Below are positions 29,301 to 36,340 of a stretch of DNA of 42,262 nt, piece by piece. The notes under the pieces are model-generated. The model had not been told where the DNA came from. It saw only the letters and a program-made list of their open reading frames with translations, and searched no databases. Source of the DNA: a virus. The DNA is taken from IMG/VR virus record IMGVR_UViG_3300029681_000010, one strand, 5' to 3'. The position numbers and the translations under genes are program-made. The first letter of the stretch is position 1; the number at the start of each line of letters is the position of its first letter.

Positions 29301-32084
29301 CAGCGGCGTAGCTTCCGTACCGTCTCCGATCCCATACAACGCGAACACCTGTACGCCTTTTTCATCAGCATACAGCCATTTCGTTGATTCGTCAAGATAC
29401 TGTTCGGAACTTTCAATCTCTTCCGTCATCCGCCGGTTCAGAAGATTCCATTCCGAGCGGTTGAGATCCGGCCGCCAGTATTTCTTGCGGATCTGCATTT
29501 TCGAGGTGCCATCGGCGTTTGTTTCCGCTTCATCGCTTGTATCGGCGACCGTCTCTGCCGCCTTGTCATACGCCGTCTGCCAAAGGTCTGCGATCTTCTG
29601 CAGCTCCGCGAAGTTTTTGCCGTAAGCCTCCTGCGCTGCCTTATTGCGCTTGGATGCAACAAGGCCCTTGACCTTGGAGATAAACTCCTTCAGCCGGTCA
29701 AGGAGGGTCTTCGCCGCCGTTCGGTTTTTTGCCGCGAACCGCTCAAAGAGGTCAGCATCATTGAGCATCTCTGCTGTGAAATCCGCCGCGATCTCGTCCA
29801 TGGCCTCTTCCTGCGTCAGCGTCACGCCAGCCTCGCGGCTTGCGTCGCGGTAGCGCTCTACCATATGCGCCGCCGTGTCATCCCCCAGCTCGTTCGCGCG
29901 GTATGCCATCACCGCGTCGCGATACGCGTGGTATTCCGTGGGCGCGGCATCCTGCATCCGGTGCGTCACCTCATGCGCCGCGACAAAGGTGAGCGGGTTG
30001 TCCGCGTCCGCCGCAAGCTGGATCGTGTTTGTTTTACTGACGTACTTGCCGTTCGCCGCGCCGCCCTGTACCTGTGGGACGATCTCAATCCTTACGCCCA
30101 TGTCGCTTGCCAAAGCCCCCAGTACGCGTGCCGTTCCGGCGTCTTTGTTGGCAAGATTCCGGCTGTAATCGTTGTCAGCAAGCCCGGCATCACCGGAGCG
30201 CGTAACCAGTTTCACCCCGGCCTTTTCCCGCGCAAGGCTGCTCGCCGCGTCCGCAAGCCCCGCCTGATATGCCGCCGTCTGTACGGATGGGGGGATATAC
30301 TTTGCCGCGTCGCTCTTCACGTCGGTCAGCGCTTTCCCGCTCAGCCCCGCCTGATACATCGAGGTAAAGCCCGTGCGGAGGCGCGGGTTGCTCCTCACGG
30401 CCTGATTCTGCTGTACCTGCGTCCACGCGGCGCTGCCGTTTTCACCGAGTCCGGTGTCGGAGCGGAAACTCTGAAGCCCGTCTGCCGCGCCCTGATTCCA
30501 CGCAGCGGTGCGCTGCGCGTCCGTCAGATCGTCCGCAAACGTCCCACGTTTCTCGGTTACGACACCGGCGCGGCCATCCTCATACGCCTCCTGCATCCCC
30601 AGCAAATAGCGGCTTACATCTCCCCCGGCATAGGAGTCGACAAAGACGTTCGCCGCCCCGGCATTGGCCGCGCGGTTAATTGCGCCCTCATAAAGGTCTG
30701 CGGTATTCCGATCCGCAAACGTTACCTTGTCAGGGGAGACGATGTCGCCGGTTTCCATCTCGATCTGCCCGCCTTTTACGATGGACTTAATCGCAGACTC
30801 ACTGCCGCCGACCGTGGTCTTCCCGTCCTCCTGTGTTTGATACGTCCCCTTTACACCGGAGCGGTCTCTCACCATCTGCTGCGCCTGTTCATAGCGCTTG
30901 CTCTGCTTCTCGATCTGCTTGTTATAGACGCTGTCTGCGGCTTTCCCAGCCGCCATCTGTGCGCCGGAAAGAATGCCTCCGACGGCAAACCCTTCCGCAA
31001 ACTCCTGTGCGGATGTCACGGGGTTAAAGATCGCGCGGTCGTCCGAAAGTGACGCGATAGGATTGTCTGCGCCGTACACAACGTTCTGCATTGTGCGCCC
31101 GACAGGCCCTTGCCAGATTTCCTCCATGCCCTCCTCTGCGGCGCTGCGCAGGAGATTCTTCACGCTGAATCCCTTCGGAACGTTTTGGATACCGCCGCCA
31201 ATCTCAATCACCGAGTTGAGCAGACTTGTGCCGATGGCGTAGTTCATGGCCTCGGACGTGCTTGCTCCGTCGGACAGGGCTTCCTGATAATCCGACCCGA
31301 CCTCGGACGCAAACGCCGTCCAGTAATTTTTAGACGTCAGCGTGTCGCGGAAGCCCTTGCCAAGCGTACTGAGGATGCCGGAGCTTTCGACAACGGATGC
31401 CCCAAGATTTGCAAGTGCCTCTGTCGACGTTGCCACGCCGTTGACAATGGGTGCGACGGCTGCCACTCCGGCAGTCATTGCCATCGGAATCGCGCCGCCA
31501 ACGCCGTATGCAATGTCACCGCCATAAGATGCCGCTTTCTTCGCGGCCTTCCCGGCGATGGTGGAGTCGTTGATCTTGGAAACCTCCTCCTCGCGCTCCG
31601 CGTCAAGGTATGCCTTATTTTGCTCGATACCCACAAGACCGTTCTCGCCGAGGAATTTCCAGTCAGGCCGTCCGTGGTACAGCGCGTTAAAAAGCCCGCT
31701 TCCCTTGGTGTTCGCCCCCTGAAAGATCGTGTCTATTACAGACGTCACGGCGTCCTCGGCCATCGCTCCCGTAGCCGCAGAGATGCTTGCCGCCCCAGCC
31801 AGAAGCGTTTTGCCGAGGTTTTCAAAATACTTCCAGCCGTTAAACTTGCCCTTGCTCTCCTGCCGCTCCTTCGCGGGGTCGATCCGCTGCGACGGGAGGC
31901 TGACGGTGGGCTGCGCCGCTTCGCGCTCTTTTCGCGCCTGGATCCGCTGAGACAAAAGCTCCTGCGCAAGAGCGGCCTGTCCGCTCATGCTCTGCGTGCT
32001 GGTTTGCGTCGCCGCAGACTGCGGATCCTCGCGCTTCTTCTTACGCTGCTGCAGCAGCTCCACCGCCAGATCGTTGTTGGTCAT
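23361..32084 (-). CDS. Giant multidomain virion/ejection-type protein (about 2,907 aa) with zincin HExxH motif; polyvalent-protein-like
   Basis: Uninterrupted 8.7-kb ORF. The start is set at MTNNDLAV (ATG 32084, RBS GGGAGG). HEVTH lies at nt 29961-29975. Residues about 110-400 contain Gly/Ala-rich hydrophobic segments. The EF-hand-like loop DTDGDGKIEKKQ is at nt 23472-23507. The remainder is unassigned. Confidence 0.8.
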   Translation of the reverse strand: MTNNDLAVELLQQRKKKREDPQSAATQTSTQSMSGQAALAQELLSQRIQARKEREAAQPTVSLPSQRIDPAKERQESKGKFNGWKYFENLGKTLLAGAASISAATGAMAEDAVTSVIDTIFQGANTKGSGLFNALYHGRPDWKFLGENGLVGIEQNKAYLDAEREEEVSKINDSTIAGKAAKKAASYGGDIAYGVGGAIPMAMTAGVAAVAPIVNGVATSTEALANLGASVVESSGILSTLGKGFRDTLTSKNYWTAFASEVGSDYQEALSDGASTSEAMNYAIGTSLLNSVIEIGGGIQNVPKGFSVKNLLRSAAEEGMEEIWQGPVGRTMQNVVYGADNPIASLSDDRAIFNPVTSAQEFAEGFAVGGILSGAQMAAGKAADSVYNKQIEKQSKRYEQAQQMVRDRSGVKGTYQTQEDGKTTVGGSESAIKSIVKGGQIEMETGDIVSPDKVTFADRNTADLYEGAINRAANAGAANVFVDSYAGGDVSRYLLGMQEAYEDGRAGVVTEKRGTFADDLTDAQRTAAWNQGAADGLQSFRSDTGLGENGSAAWTQVQQNQAVRSNPRLRTGFTSMYQAGLSGKALTDVKSDAAKYIPPSVQTAAYQAGLADAASSLAREKAGVKLVTRSGDAGLADNDYSRNLANKDAGTARVLGALASDMGVRIEIVPQVQGGAANGKYVSKTNTIQLAADADNPLTFVAAHEVTHRMQDAAPTEYHAYRDAVMAYRANELGDDTAAHMVERYRDASREAGVTLTQEEAMDEIAADFTAEMLNDADLFERFAAKNRTAAKTLLDRLKEFISKVKGLVASKRNKAAQEAYGKNFAELQKIADLWQTAYDKAAETVADTSDEAETNADGTSKMQIRKKYWRPDLNRSEWNLLNRRMTEEIESSEQYLDESTKWLYADEKGVQVFALYGIGDGTEATPLYASGGKAALSDHQTLMAARKEFDYGFNRGAETLNRVFKTLRDKQRKSYGSVFASEEGSSADGYGRVSTVKGDGNGRGSSGAGAQDQRGVKEKFSLRAPVEQTKDLVAVHNLTEQNLRDAMKLGGLPMPSIAVVKAAQGHSMYGPISIVFGRESIDPQTDSRNKIYGGDAYTPTAPAVEYPVNYDRMRAVEKRLARLSEKVAGGVFRNDSALQRAGVVEESSMSAPELADKLARDDSIRAAYLADHGKTLEPVMQAKEFNRYGNDALAKLVQKIGVQELGSIEASMETGDYQPVREIEDTVRQIIRDSYEEQHRRFLDRKPEQKEKRINYFMENNVHTYTVENFVRNAWEYYQDQGATTSEIDRWATSDKLHEAASAEAVKAWLLPQLEGVLGEPGIYNGSERFDRSGNRRSFSQLHWGYTLENIVRAMTETQAERGGQTFGASAKAMQAVSTEDFQSIDAVKAASGRLGNVDTEQYKADVDAVEKRIEQATRAVMRENKAHSDNQFDEMQIIGDVMMQAAQGKQTEAAIRRAFSQEGYSISESTAREIREVFRAAAELPTGYFEAKPQRAVGFNEVLAAVIPDNSSAEIRQSLSDAGVRVIEYPAGDETGRLNAVNSVDNARFQLKSQTQIDSEMRDIKKERDRLKTRVKSLERQVARWKAEVKPSMPSFREGDLKKLGNRLISDFDSSTKYSEIKTDMENIGKALLSQDVPDTDLHAYAEYVAEKIIQNSRVLEEGGEDLLEIQKHLKSVKLAYTDDGSIPDFLAWKKEHRDIKFAKDGGLPVDVAYHELTELFGGGYFPENIVHPADQLTRMGEVLEDIDSIWSNPYDEYRDIAIKALGNALIEGMISDDVRQTRPTYADRKEQEIAHLKDLLSKTRAGRDEKIKQMRTAYAERTKAGAERRKAREIRAKISRHTETLSRKLLRPTDKQHIPESLRMPVAALLRSINMESARSYDENGRLRSGNNGTPTKRTQDAIRLREAYDSILSNDPNFVIDPALFGGDGTSGFIDQLVQLGNQRIDEMNTAQLNVIWKAIKGIETTITSYDKALASGKYMFISQWANDLRSGVSSRKRTNKKAALSLYDPRTFFNAYGDAGLDVFRALRNAEDTQNRRVAEVAKLTEKFMSREVYKQRNERHTFTTEGGQTITLTNDQIMNLYNLANRGKHSMQHLSVGGVIQPYIKRDGKLPAIERGTKSIPLTASDVAQITDVLTDEQIKVAKGLQKIASTMLAKWGNESSMAVYGYNKFTEEHYWPIKSAREAIVQNAERGENMPREIRNMGSAKALNENASNALDLGGVFDVFTKNASDMITYSTMLEPMEDINRLFNYRYRDSAGNLTGKNVKNVLTDVYGEQALKYWRNLMSDVQNGIAHDDEPITRMIEKLVGRTKAASVGMNARVVLQQPTAFFRAAAIIDPSDMAKGLVKAPTKGNGWKKAKQYAGIAAIKDSSGFDQAGQYTIMKGILNGADQTFMDKLSDASSAAAAKADAVTWGKIWNACEYTVQKEGRYEVGSEEFYTRTAEVFSDVIDQSQVVDGILQRTQIMRSGNGLTKQATAFMGEPMKSLNMLLRAYDAWRYETNPSKKSAALKQFARTSIALLVTDGVNALVQSLVDAARKDDKDKDYWGRYFEVLTGVTGEDDTVVSVLLGSNLWDNIDPVGRIPFAKDIKSMLQGYTVSRMDADAVSDFISAAQLFTKAAQGDGQKTPLYAFKQLLVTGSKIFGVSVGNIGRDTWAVARSIAQETGSYWAMYQMEQMIYRVAPDAKNTSRYYSILYHALQDDKAAYDRIYADLISKGYTDKQIKTGMKNAIKNAGGSDMLSQLEDVGFSREDAETVIKQQEFKQSYGFSYDDLADEYADGNISRREVIRALQNVGGLSAEDAELKATVYDWKNAGVSDATNSIVKAYQSYGSEAGFDKKTFAEAYKDLNAVKGEDTDGDGKIEKKQFVLEAINKMNISTAQKDALYRMKGYGEKQLADAPWH

Positions 32085-32104
32085 AGTTGCCTCCCTCGCT
32101 CGCG

Positions 32105-33133
32105 TTACTTCTTCTTGTGGAACGTGATTGTCTTCTTGCTGTTGTCCCACGTTGCGGTCGCAGTTCCGTTCTGGAGCATCTTAATCAGCTCAGTTTCACC
32201 GTATCGGCTTCCGCCTTCAAGCTTGATCCATCCGTTACCGGATCGATTTGTGATGGTATACTCGTTGATCGGCCTATAGCCGCTCTCATATGCCGCCTGA
32301 GTCTGAGCGCCCCAAATGCCGTCCTGCGTGAGACCAGCCGCCATCTGGATCTGCTTGATCTGATCGGACGAGTACCCGTGGGTGTCGTAGCTCTTGCTGG
32401 ATCTGCGAGAGCTGGACGAACCACTGCGGCTAGAACTGCTTGCCGCCGCCTTCTGAGCCGCAAGCTGAGCCTGCTCCATTGCCATCTGCTGGTTAAACTG
32501 CCTGACGTTCTCGTCATACTGTTTTTGCCACTGCGCGTCTGAGATCTGATCCCTGTAGTCCTGATAGGCGTAGCTTTTTGCGTCGCCGTATCGGCTGTAA
32601 TCAAGCTGCCGCTCGGCATCGTACCGATTCGCGGCGTAATCGCGCTGGTTTTGCCAGTCGCTCATCTTATCCCGATGCTCTCCGTACTCCTTCGAGTACC
32701 TGTCCGCGAGGAGGGAGTACTGCGTCTTGAGATCGTCGCCCTCCGCGTTATAACGATCCAGAGCCATCTGATACAGCTCCGGCACAACGTCGTTGAGGCT
32801 CTGCAGATACGCGTTATACTGCTGCTGCCCGGCGCTTTGGCTGTATGTCGAGCCATACCCGCCGGTAAGCGCCGCCGCCTGTCCCATCGTATCCTGCATG
32901 GCCTGCTTGCCCTGCTGGACGTATCGATCCTTGTACTGCTGATAGAGCGCGTCGCCGTTCAGGTCGTACTTAAATTTTTCGCGGTTCTGCAGTTTGCTGA
33001 GCGCGTCCTGCATCTGCTGGCCATACGTCCCGCCGTTCCACTCGCCCGGCTTCCGTGCGTCCGCCTGCTGGAGCTGATTGTACAGATCCCTGACGCGCTC
33101 GCTCTCCTCATAGTCTTTGTAGCTAAACGCCAC
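32105..33133 (-). CDS. Q/Y/D-rich protein with Ser-rich linker and partial peptidoglycan-binding-like C-terminal motif
   Basis: 342 aa. The C-terminal IKQIQMAAGLTQDGIWGAQTQAAYESGY resembles the second half of a PG_binding_1 repeat. Lies between the endolysin and the giant gene. Confidence 0.6.
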   Translation of the reverse strand: MAFSYKDYEESERVRDLYNQLQQADARKPGEWNGGTYGQQMQDALSKLQNREKFKYDLNGDALYQQYKDRYVQQGKQAMQDTMGQAAALTGGYGSTYSQSAGQQQYNAYLQSLNDVVPELYQMALDRYNAEGDDLKTQYSLLADRYSKEYGEHRDKMSDWQNQRDYAANRYDAERQLDYSRYGDAKSYAYQDYRDQISDAQWQKQYDENVRQFNQQMAMEQAQLAAQKAAASSSSRSGSSSSRRSSKSYDTHGYSSDQIKQIQMAAGLTQDGIWGAQTQAAYESGYRPINEYTITNRSGNGWIKLEGGSRYGETELIKMLQNGTATATWDNSKKTITFHKKK

Positions 33134-33163
33134 CCGTGTCTCCCTCCTTTCCGGTTCTCCGGA

Positions 33164-33871
33164 TTACTTCTTGAGCAGCGCTCCCCAAGTATCCTTACCG
33201 CAGATGCCGTCCGCCGTCAGGCCGTTTGCGCGCTGACAAGCCTTGATTGCCGCCACGGTCGCCGCGCCGCAGATACCGTCCGCGCCGTAGCTGCCGCAAT
33301 TGTAGCCCTGCGCGATGAGCGCGCCCTGCATGCTGCGCACCGCGTTGCCGCGGTCGCCGTTGCCGATCATCTGTGTTGCTACCATGATAATGTCCTCCTC
33401 GGTCGTGTTTTTGTTCTGGGCCTCCGGCGTCCCGGAGACGATAGCCTCAAACGGGAAATACTTGCCGGGGCAGTCCGTGGTAGACCCGGCGACGTCCTTG
33501 TGGCCGATCACCTTAGTGATGCCCCAGCGCCGCTTGATATCGGCCACCAGCGCCTGTCCAGCGGCCAGCTGCGCGGCGGGCATGGTCGGTTCCACCTGAT
33601 AATTACCCTCGAAGCACACGCCGATGCTATGGCTGTTAGCCCCGTAAGCGTGCGCGCCTACGGTATCTTCGGGGCGACCACGATAGATCGTGCCGTCCTT
33701 GCGCACCAGATAGTGGTAGCCGATACCCGCCCAGCCGTTGCCGACGTGAGAGCTGTGTACGCCATTCGGCGTGCAAGTGGTCGTGCCGGAGTGGTGCAGG
33801 ATCAGCAGATCCGTCGAGTTTCGCTTGCTGAGCGGCATTGCCCATTTGTAGGTTTTTTCGACGATGTTCAT
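33164..33871 (-). CDS. Endolysin: N-acetylmuramoyl-L-alanine amidase (Amidase_2/PGRP) plus PG_binding_1 domain
   Basis: Start MNIVEK (ATG 33871, RBS GAGGAGG; the holin stop is at 33873-33875). Motifs LILHHSGT, GIGYHYLV, VGAHAYGANSHSIGVCFEGNY and CPGKYFP. The C-terminus reads GNAVRSMQGALIAQGY...DGICGKDTWGAL. Confidence 0.9.
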   Translation of the reverse strand: MNIVEKTYKWAMPLSKRNSTDLLILHHSGTTTCTPNGVHSSHVGNGWAGIGYHYLVRKDGTIYRGRPEDTVGAHAYGANSHSIGVCFEGNYQVEPTMPAAQLAAGQALVADIKRRWGITKVIGHKDVAGSTTDCPGKYFPFEAIVSGTPEAQNKNTTEEDIIMVATQMIGNGDRGNAVRSMQGALIAQGYNCGSYGADGICGAATVAAIKACQRANGLTADGICGKDTWGALLKK

Positions 33872-33872
33872 C

Positions 33873-34346
33873 TTATTCCTCCTCGTTGCCCGCCGGAATC
33901 TTGTCCTCCACACTTACCTTCAGGCGCTTGATCAGGCTCTGCAAAAATCCCGGCACAGGCGCACCCAGCGCGGCCACATTCTCCAAAATACTAATCAGCT
34001 CATTAATGACCAGCCAAATCACCACGATCGAAGCGATCAGGAAATCCAGTTTCCAATCCAGCCCCATCTGGTCAGCACCATACCGCACCAGCCAGTCCAG
34101 CACGCAGGCCACCGCGACGATCACCAGATAGCCGACCTTTTTCAGGATGCCTCCGATGCCGACGCGGCTGCTCAGCTCTCCGGCCTGCCACGCCTTGGCC
34201 ATGCCGGTGATGTAGTCCAGCACCATCACCGCGACGAGGATGATCGCCGGGATGATGAGCTGCGTGCCGTAGGATGCCAGCGCCCCCAGCGCTGCCGCAA
34301 GCACGGCCTTGATTGCGTTTTCTTTCATGATGTGTACCCCTTTCAT
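33873..34346 (-). CDS. Holin (toxin-secretion/phage-lysis holin family, TcdE-like)
   Basis: 157 aa with 3-4 TM segments. LDYITGMAKAW...ILKKVGYL is characteristic. Two candidate starts, ATG 34346 and ATG 34328; the latter has the better RBS, AAAGGGG. Confidence 0.8.
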   Translation of the reverse strand: MKGVHIMKENAIKAVLAAALGALASYGTQLIIPAIILVAVMVLDYITGMAKAWQAGELSSRVGIGGILKKVGYLVIVAVACVLDWLVRYGADQMGLDWKLDFLIASIVVIWLVINELISILENVAALGAPVPGFLQSLIKRLKVSVEDKIPAGNEEE

Positions 34347-34411
34347 ATTATGTCGTAAACGCTTTCGTGCTTAGGTTGCCGCTATTGTCCACGAAGAGCG
34401 TATACAGCGTA

Positions 34412-36340
34412 CTATTGGATTTCCTCATTGATCGTCACCACAACAGCGGTCGTGTCCGTGCAGATAACGGATACCCTGATATCGTTTTCGGATTCTCTGT
34501 TTACGATTTTAATAAGTCCGTTTCCTTCGTCCGAACAGAGCATCCCATTAAAGTGGGCGCCGTTGTATAGGTAAGTCGCCGAATAAAACGTACCGTCTGC
34601 ATTGTACTTCACGATTGCGCTGTTCCCATCGGATGCCGCCGGTATACCCACTCCCTTAATACGGAGCACATCTCCAACTGCCAGATGGATCAGGCTTGCC
34701 GCGTCCATATTCGCGCCGATTGTTGCCCAGCCTGTCCGCGCTTTGTTCACACCGCTCGACGTACTCAGCCGCGTGTCCGTAGAGATTCCGACGGTATTGA
34801 TGATGTTCGTGATCTCAGCCGCACAGGTAATCACGATGTTGCCCGTTACCTTGGAAATTGTGATCGTGCTGCCGGAAACCGTAGATGCGGAAATGTTTGT
34901 GCCGCCCATCATGACGGTGATCGCACCCAGCTTCTTGAAAGTTCCCGTCGGAGAGAGCACCGTGGTATAGGCCGCGCCCTCGGCGATGGTATTCGCTGTG
35001 TTGGACGATGCACAGTTGGTAAGATTGCGCGTGATGTTGTAAGTCACAGACGGTGCAGAGGCCGCCGCAGTGATCGTGACCGATCCAGTCACCTTGGCGA
35101 TGTTGATTGCACCGCTGCCAGCCGAGTAAGACGTGGCCGTGATATCCACGCCTCCCATTTTGACTACTACCGACGTGATCGTCTTTCCGCTTTCCGCCGC
35201 GATGTTCGCTGTGTACGCTTCGCCGTAATCCACCTGATATGCGGAGTTGCTGATCGTGCAGCCCGTGAGATTTTTGGTGATCGTCTGATACCAGTGCAGC
35301 GTCTCCGGCGTTCCGTTGATCATTGCCGCTCGGTAAGCGTTGATATCGGCCATTGACATTCCGCACGTTCCCACGGCAAAATGCATGCACTTATCGCGGA
35401 ACGTATCGCCGGAAACGGCGTTGATCGCATTGATAAGCCTCTTCCAGTCTGATTCATTCCGTCGGCGGGCAAGTGCATCTGTCCCGGAGCCGGAATAAAA
35501 TGTAGTCAGCTCATAATCCTTGTCGATGTCGGACTGGCTCATGCCGAGCAAGCCCTCCAGCACACACGCGAGCGTGCCGGTACGGTCCGCACCTGCGGTG
35601 CAGTGGAAATACACCGGCTCCCGATGCGTCACTGCGTCGATCACGCAGCGAAGATAGAGCTGCCACGTTTCAACCGGCGTCAGCGCGTAGGACGCTGCCT
35701 TGTCGGCAATCGTAAACCACACATCGCCGCCAAGCGGAGATTCCGTTGCAACGTCACCGTCGGACGGGTCGCGCCCCTCTTTGCCTCTAAGGTCAATTTC
35801 ATGCTGCACGCCAAGCTGGCCGACCAGTACCGCCCGATCTGCGGCAGAGATACGCCCGCCCCGAATCAGTAGGCCGTATTTTACCGTGCCGCCGTCGCAG
35901 GCCCATCCGCCAAGGTCGCGCACGTTCCACGCTTCTGCAGAGTTTTCTCGCGTGCGAATCCACCGCAGTGCATCCTGCGGTTTGAGCGTGCCCGCTTTCC
36001 CGCCGGAGGCAAACGGCGTGAGCACATTCGGTACTTCGTTGTAGTGCGTCACCCCACCAGCCGTCTGCCCAATGGGCTTGTAATTGCTCACAACATCTGT
36101 TGCGGGCGCATAGTTGGCAATCTGTGACGTGCTGTAATCGCTCGGGTCATAGGTCACGTTGGCAAGATAATTCCGTACCGCCTCCGGGCACTGATGCCAC
36201 TCAACTGCTTCGCTTCCGGAGAGTGCTCGCACAGCAGCGCCCATCTCGGCAACTTTGTACTTCGTGGCCGTGCCGTTTTTCTCGCGGATAGCTGCCGCAA
36301 TGTCCTGCACGGAGGACTCTTCATACAGCTTTTTCGCCAT
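34412..36340 (-). CDS. Tail fibre/appendage protein with internal CX5R phosphatase domain and two tandem Ig-like repeats
   Basis: 642 aa. WNVRDLGG and FHCTAGADRTG (nt 35576-35605) are the hallmark motifs of the Y_phosphatase3-type family. Two 76-aa repeats cover residues 352-427 and 433-508. ATGA-type overlap with the upstream fibre gene. Confidence 0.75.
   Translation of the reverse strand: MAKKLYEESSVQDIAAAIREKNGTATKYKVAEMGAAVRALSGSEAVEWHQCPEAVRNYLANVTYDPSDYSTSQIANYAPATDVVSNYKPIGQTAGGVTHYNEVPNVLTPFASGGKAGTLKPQDALRWIRTRENSAEAWNVRDLGGWACDGGTVKYGLLIRGGRISAADRAVLVGQLGVQHEIDLRGKEGRDPSDGDVATESPLGGDVWFTIADKAASYALTPVETWQLYLRCVIDAVTHREPVYFHCTAGADRTGTLACVLEGLLGMSQSDIDKDYELTTFYSGSGTDALARRRNESDWKRLINAINAVSGDTFRDKCMHFAVGTCGMSMADINAYRAAMINGTPETLHWYQTITKNLTGCTISNSAYQVDYGEAYTANIAAESGKTITSVVVKMGGVDITATSYSAGSGAINIAKVTGSVTITAAASAPSVTYNITRNLTNCASSNTANTIAEGAAYTTVLSPTGTFKKLGAITVMMGGTNISASTVSGSTITISKVTGNIVITCAAEITNIINTVGISTDTRLSTSSGVNKARTGWATIGANMDAASLIHLAVGDVLRIKGVGIPAASDGNSAIVKYNADGTFYSATYLYNGAHFNGMLCSDEGNGLIKIVNRESENDIRVSVICTDTTAVVVTINEEIQ

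Noticed and set aside
23361-32084. The giant protein as an N4-like or crAss-like virion RNA polymerase.
   Set aside because: I could not find T7-like polymerase motifs or a convincing double-psi beta-barrel DxDGD site. The only DTDGDG lies in an EF-hand-like loop near the extreme C-terminus. This is not excluded without profile searches, but it is unsupported.
23361-32084. The giant protein as a tape measure protein.
   Set aside because: It is located after the lysis genes, there are no tail tube or chaperone genes, and 2,900 aa would imply an implausibly long tail. It also contains an enzymatic HExxH motif and non-helical regions.
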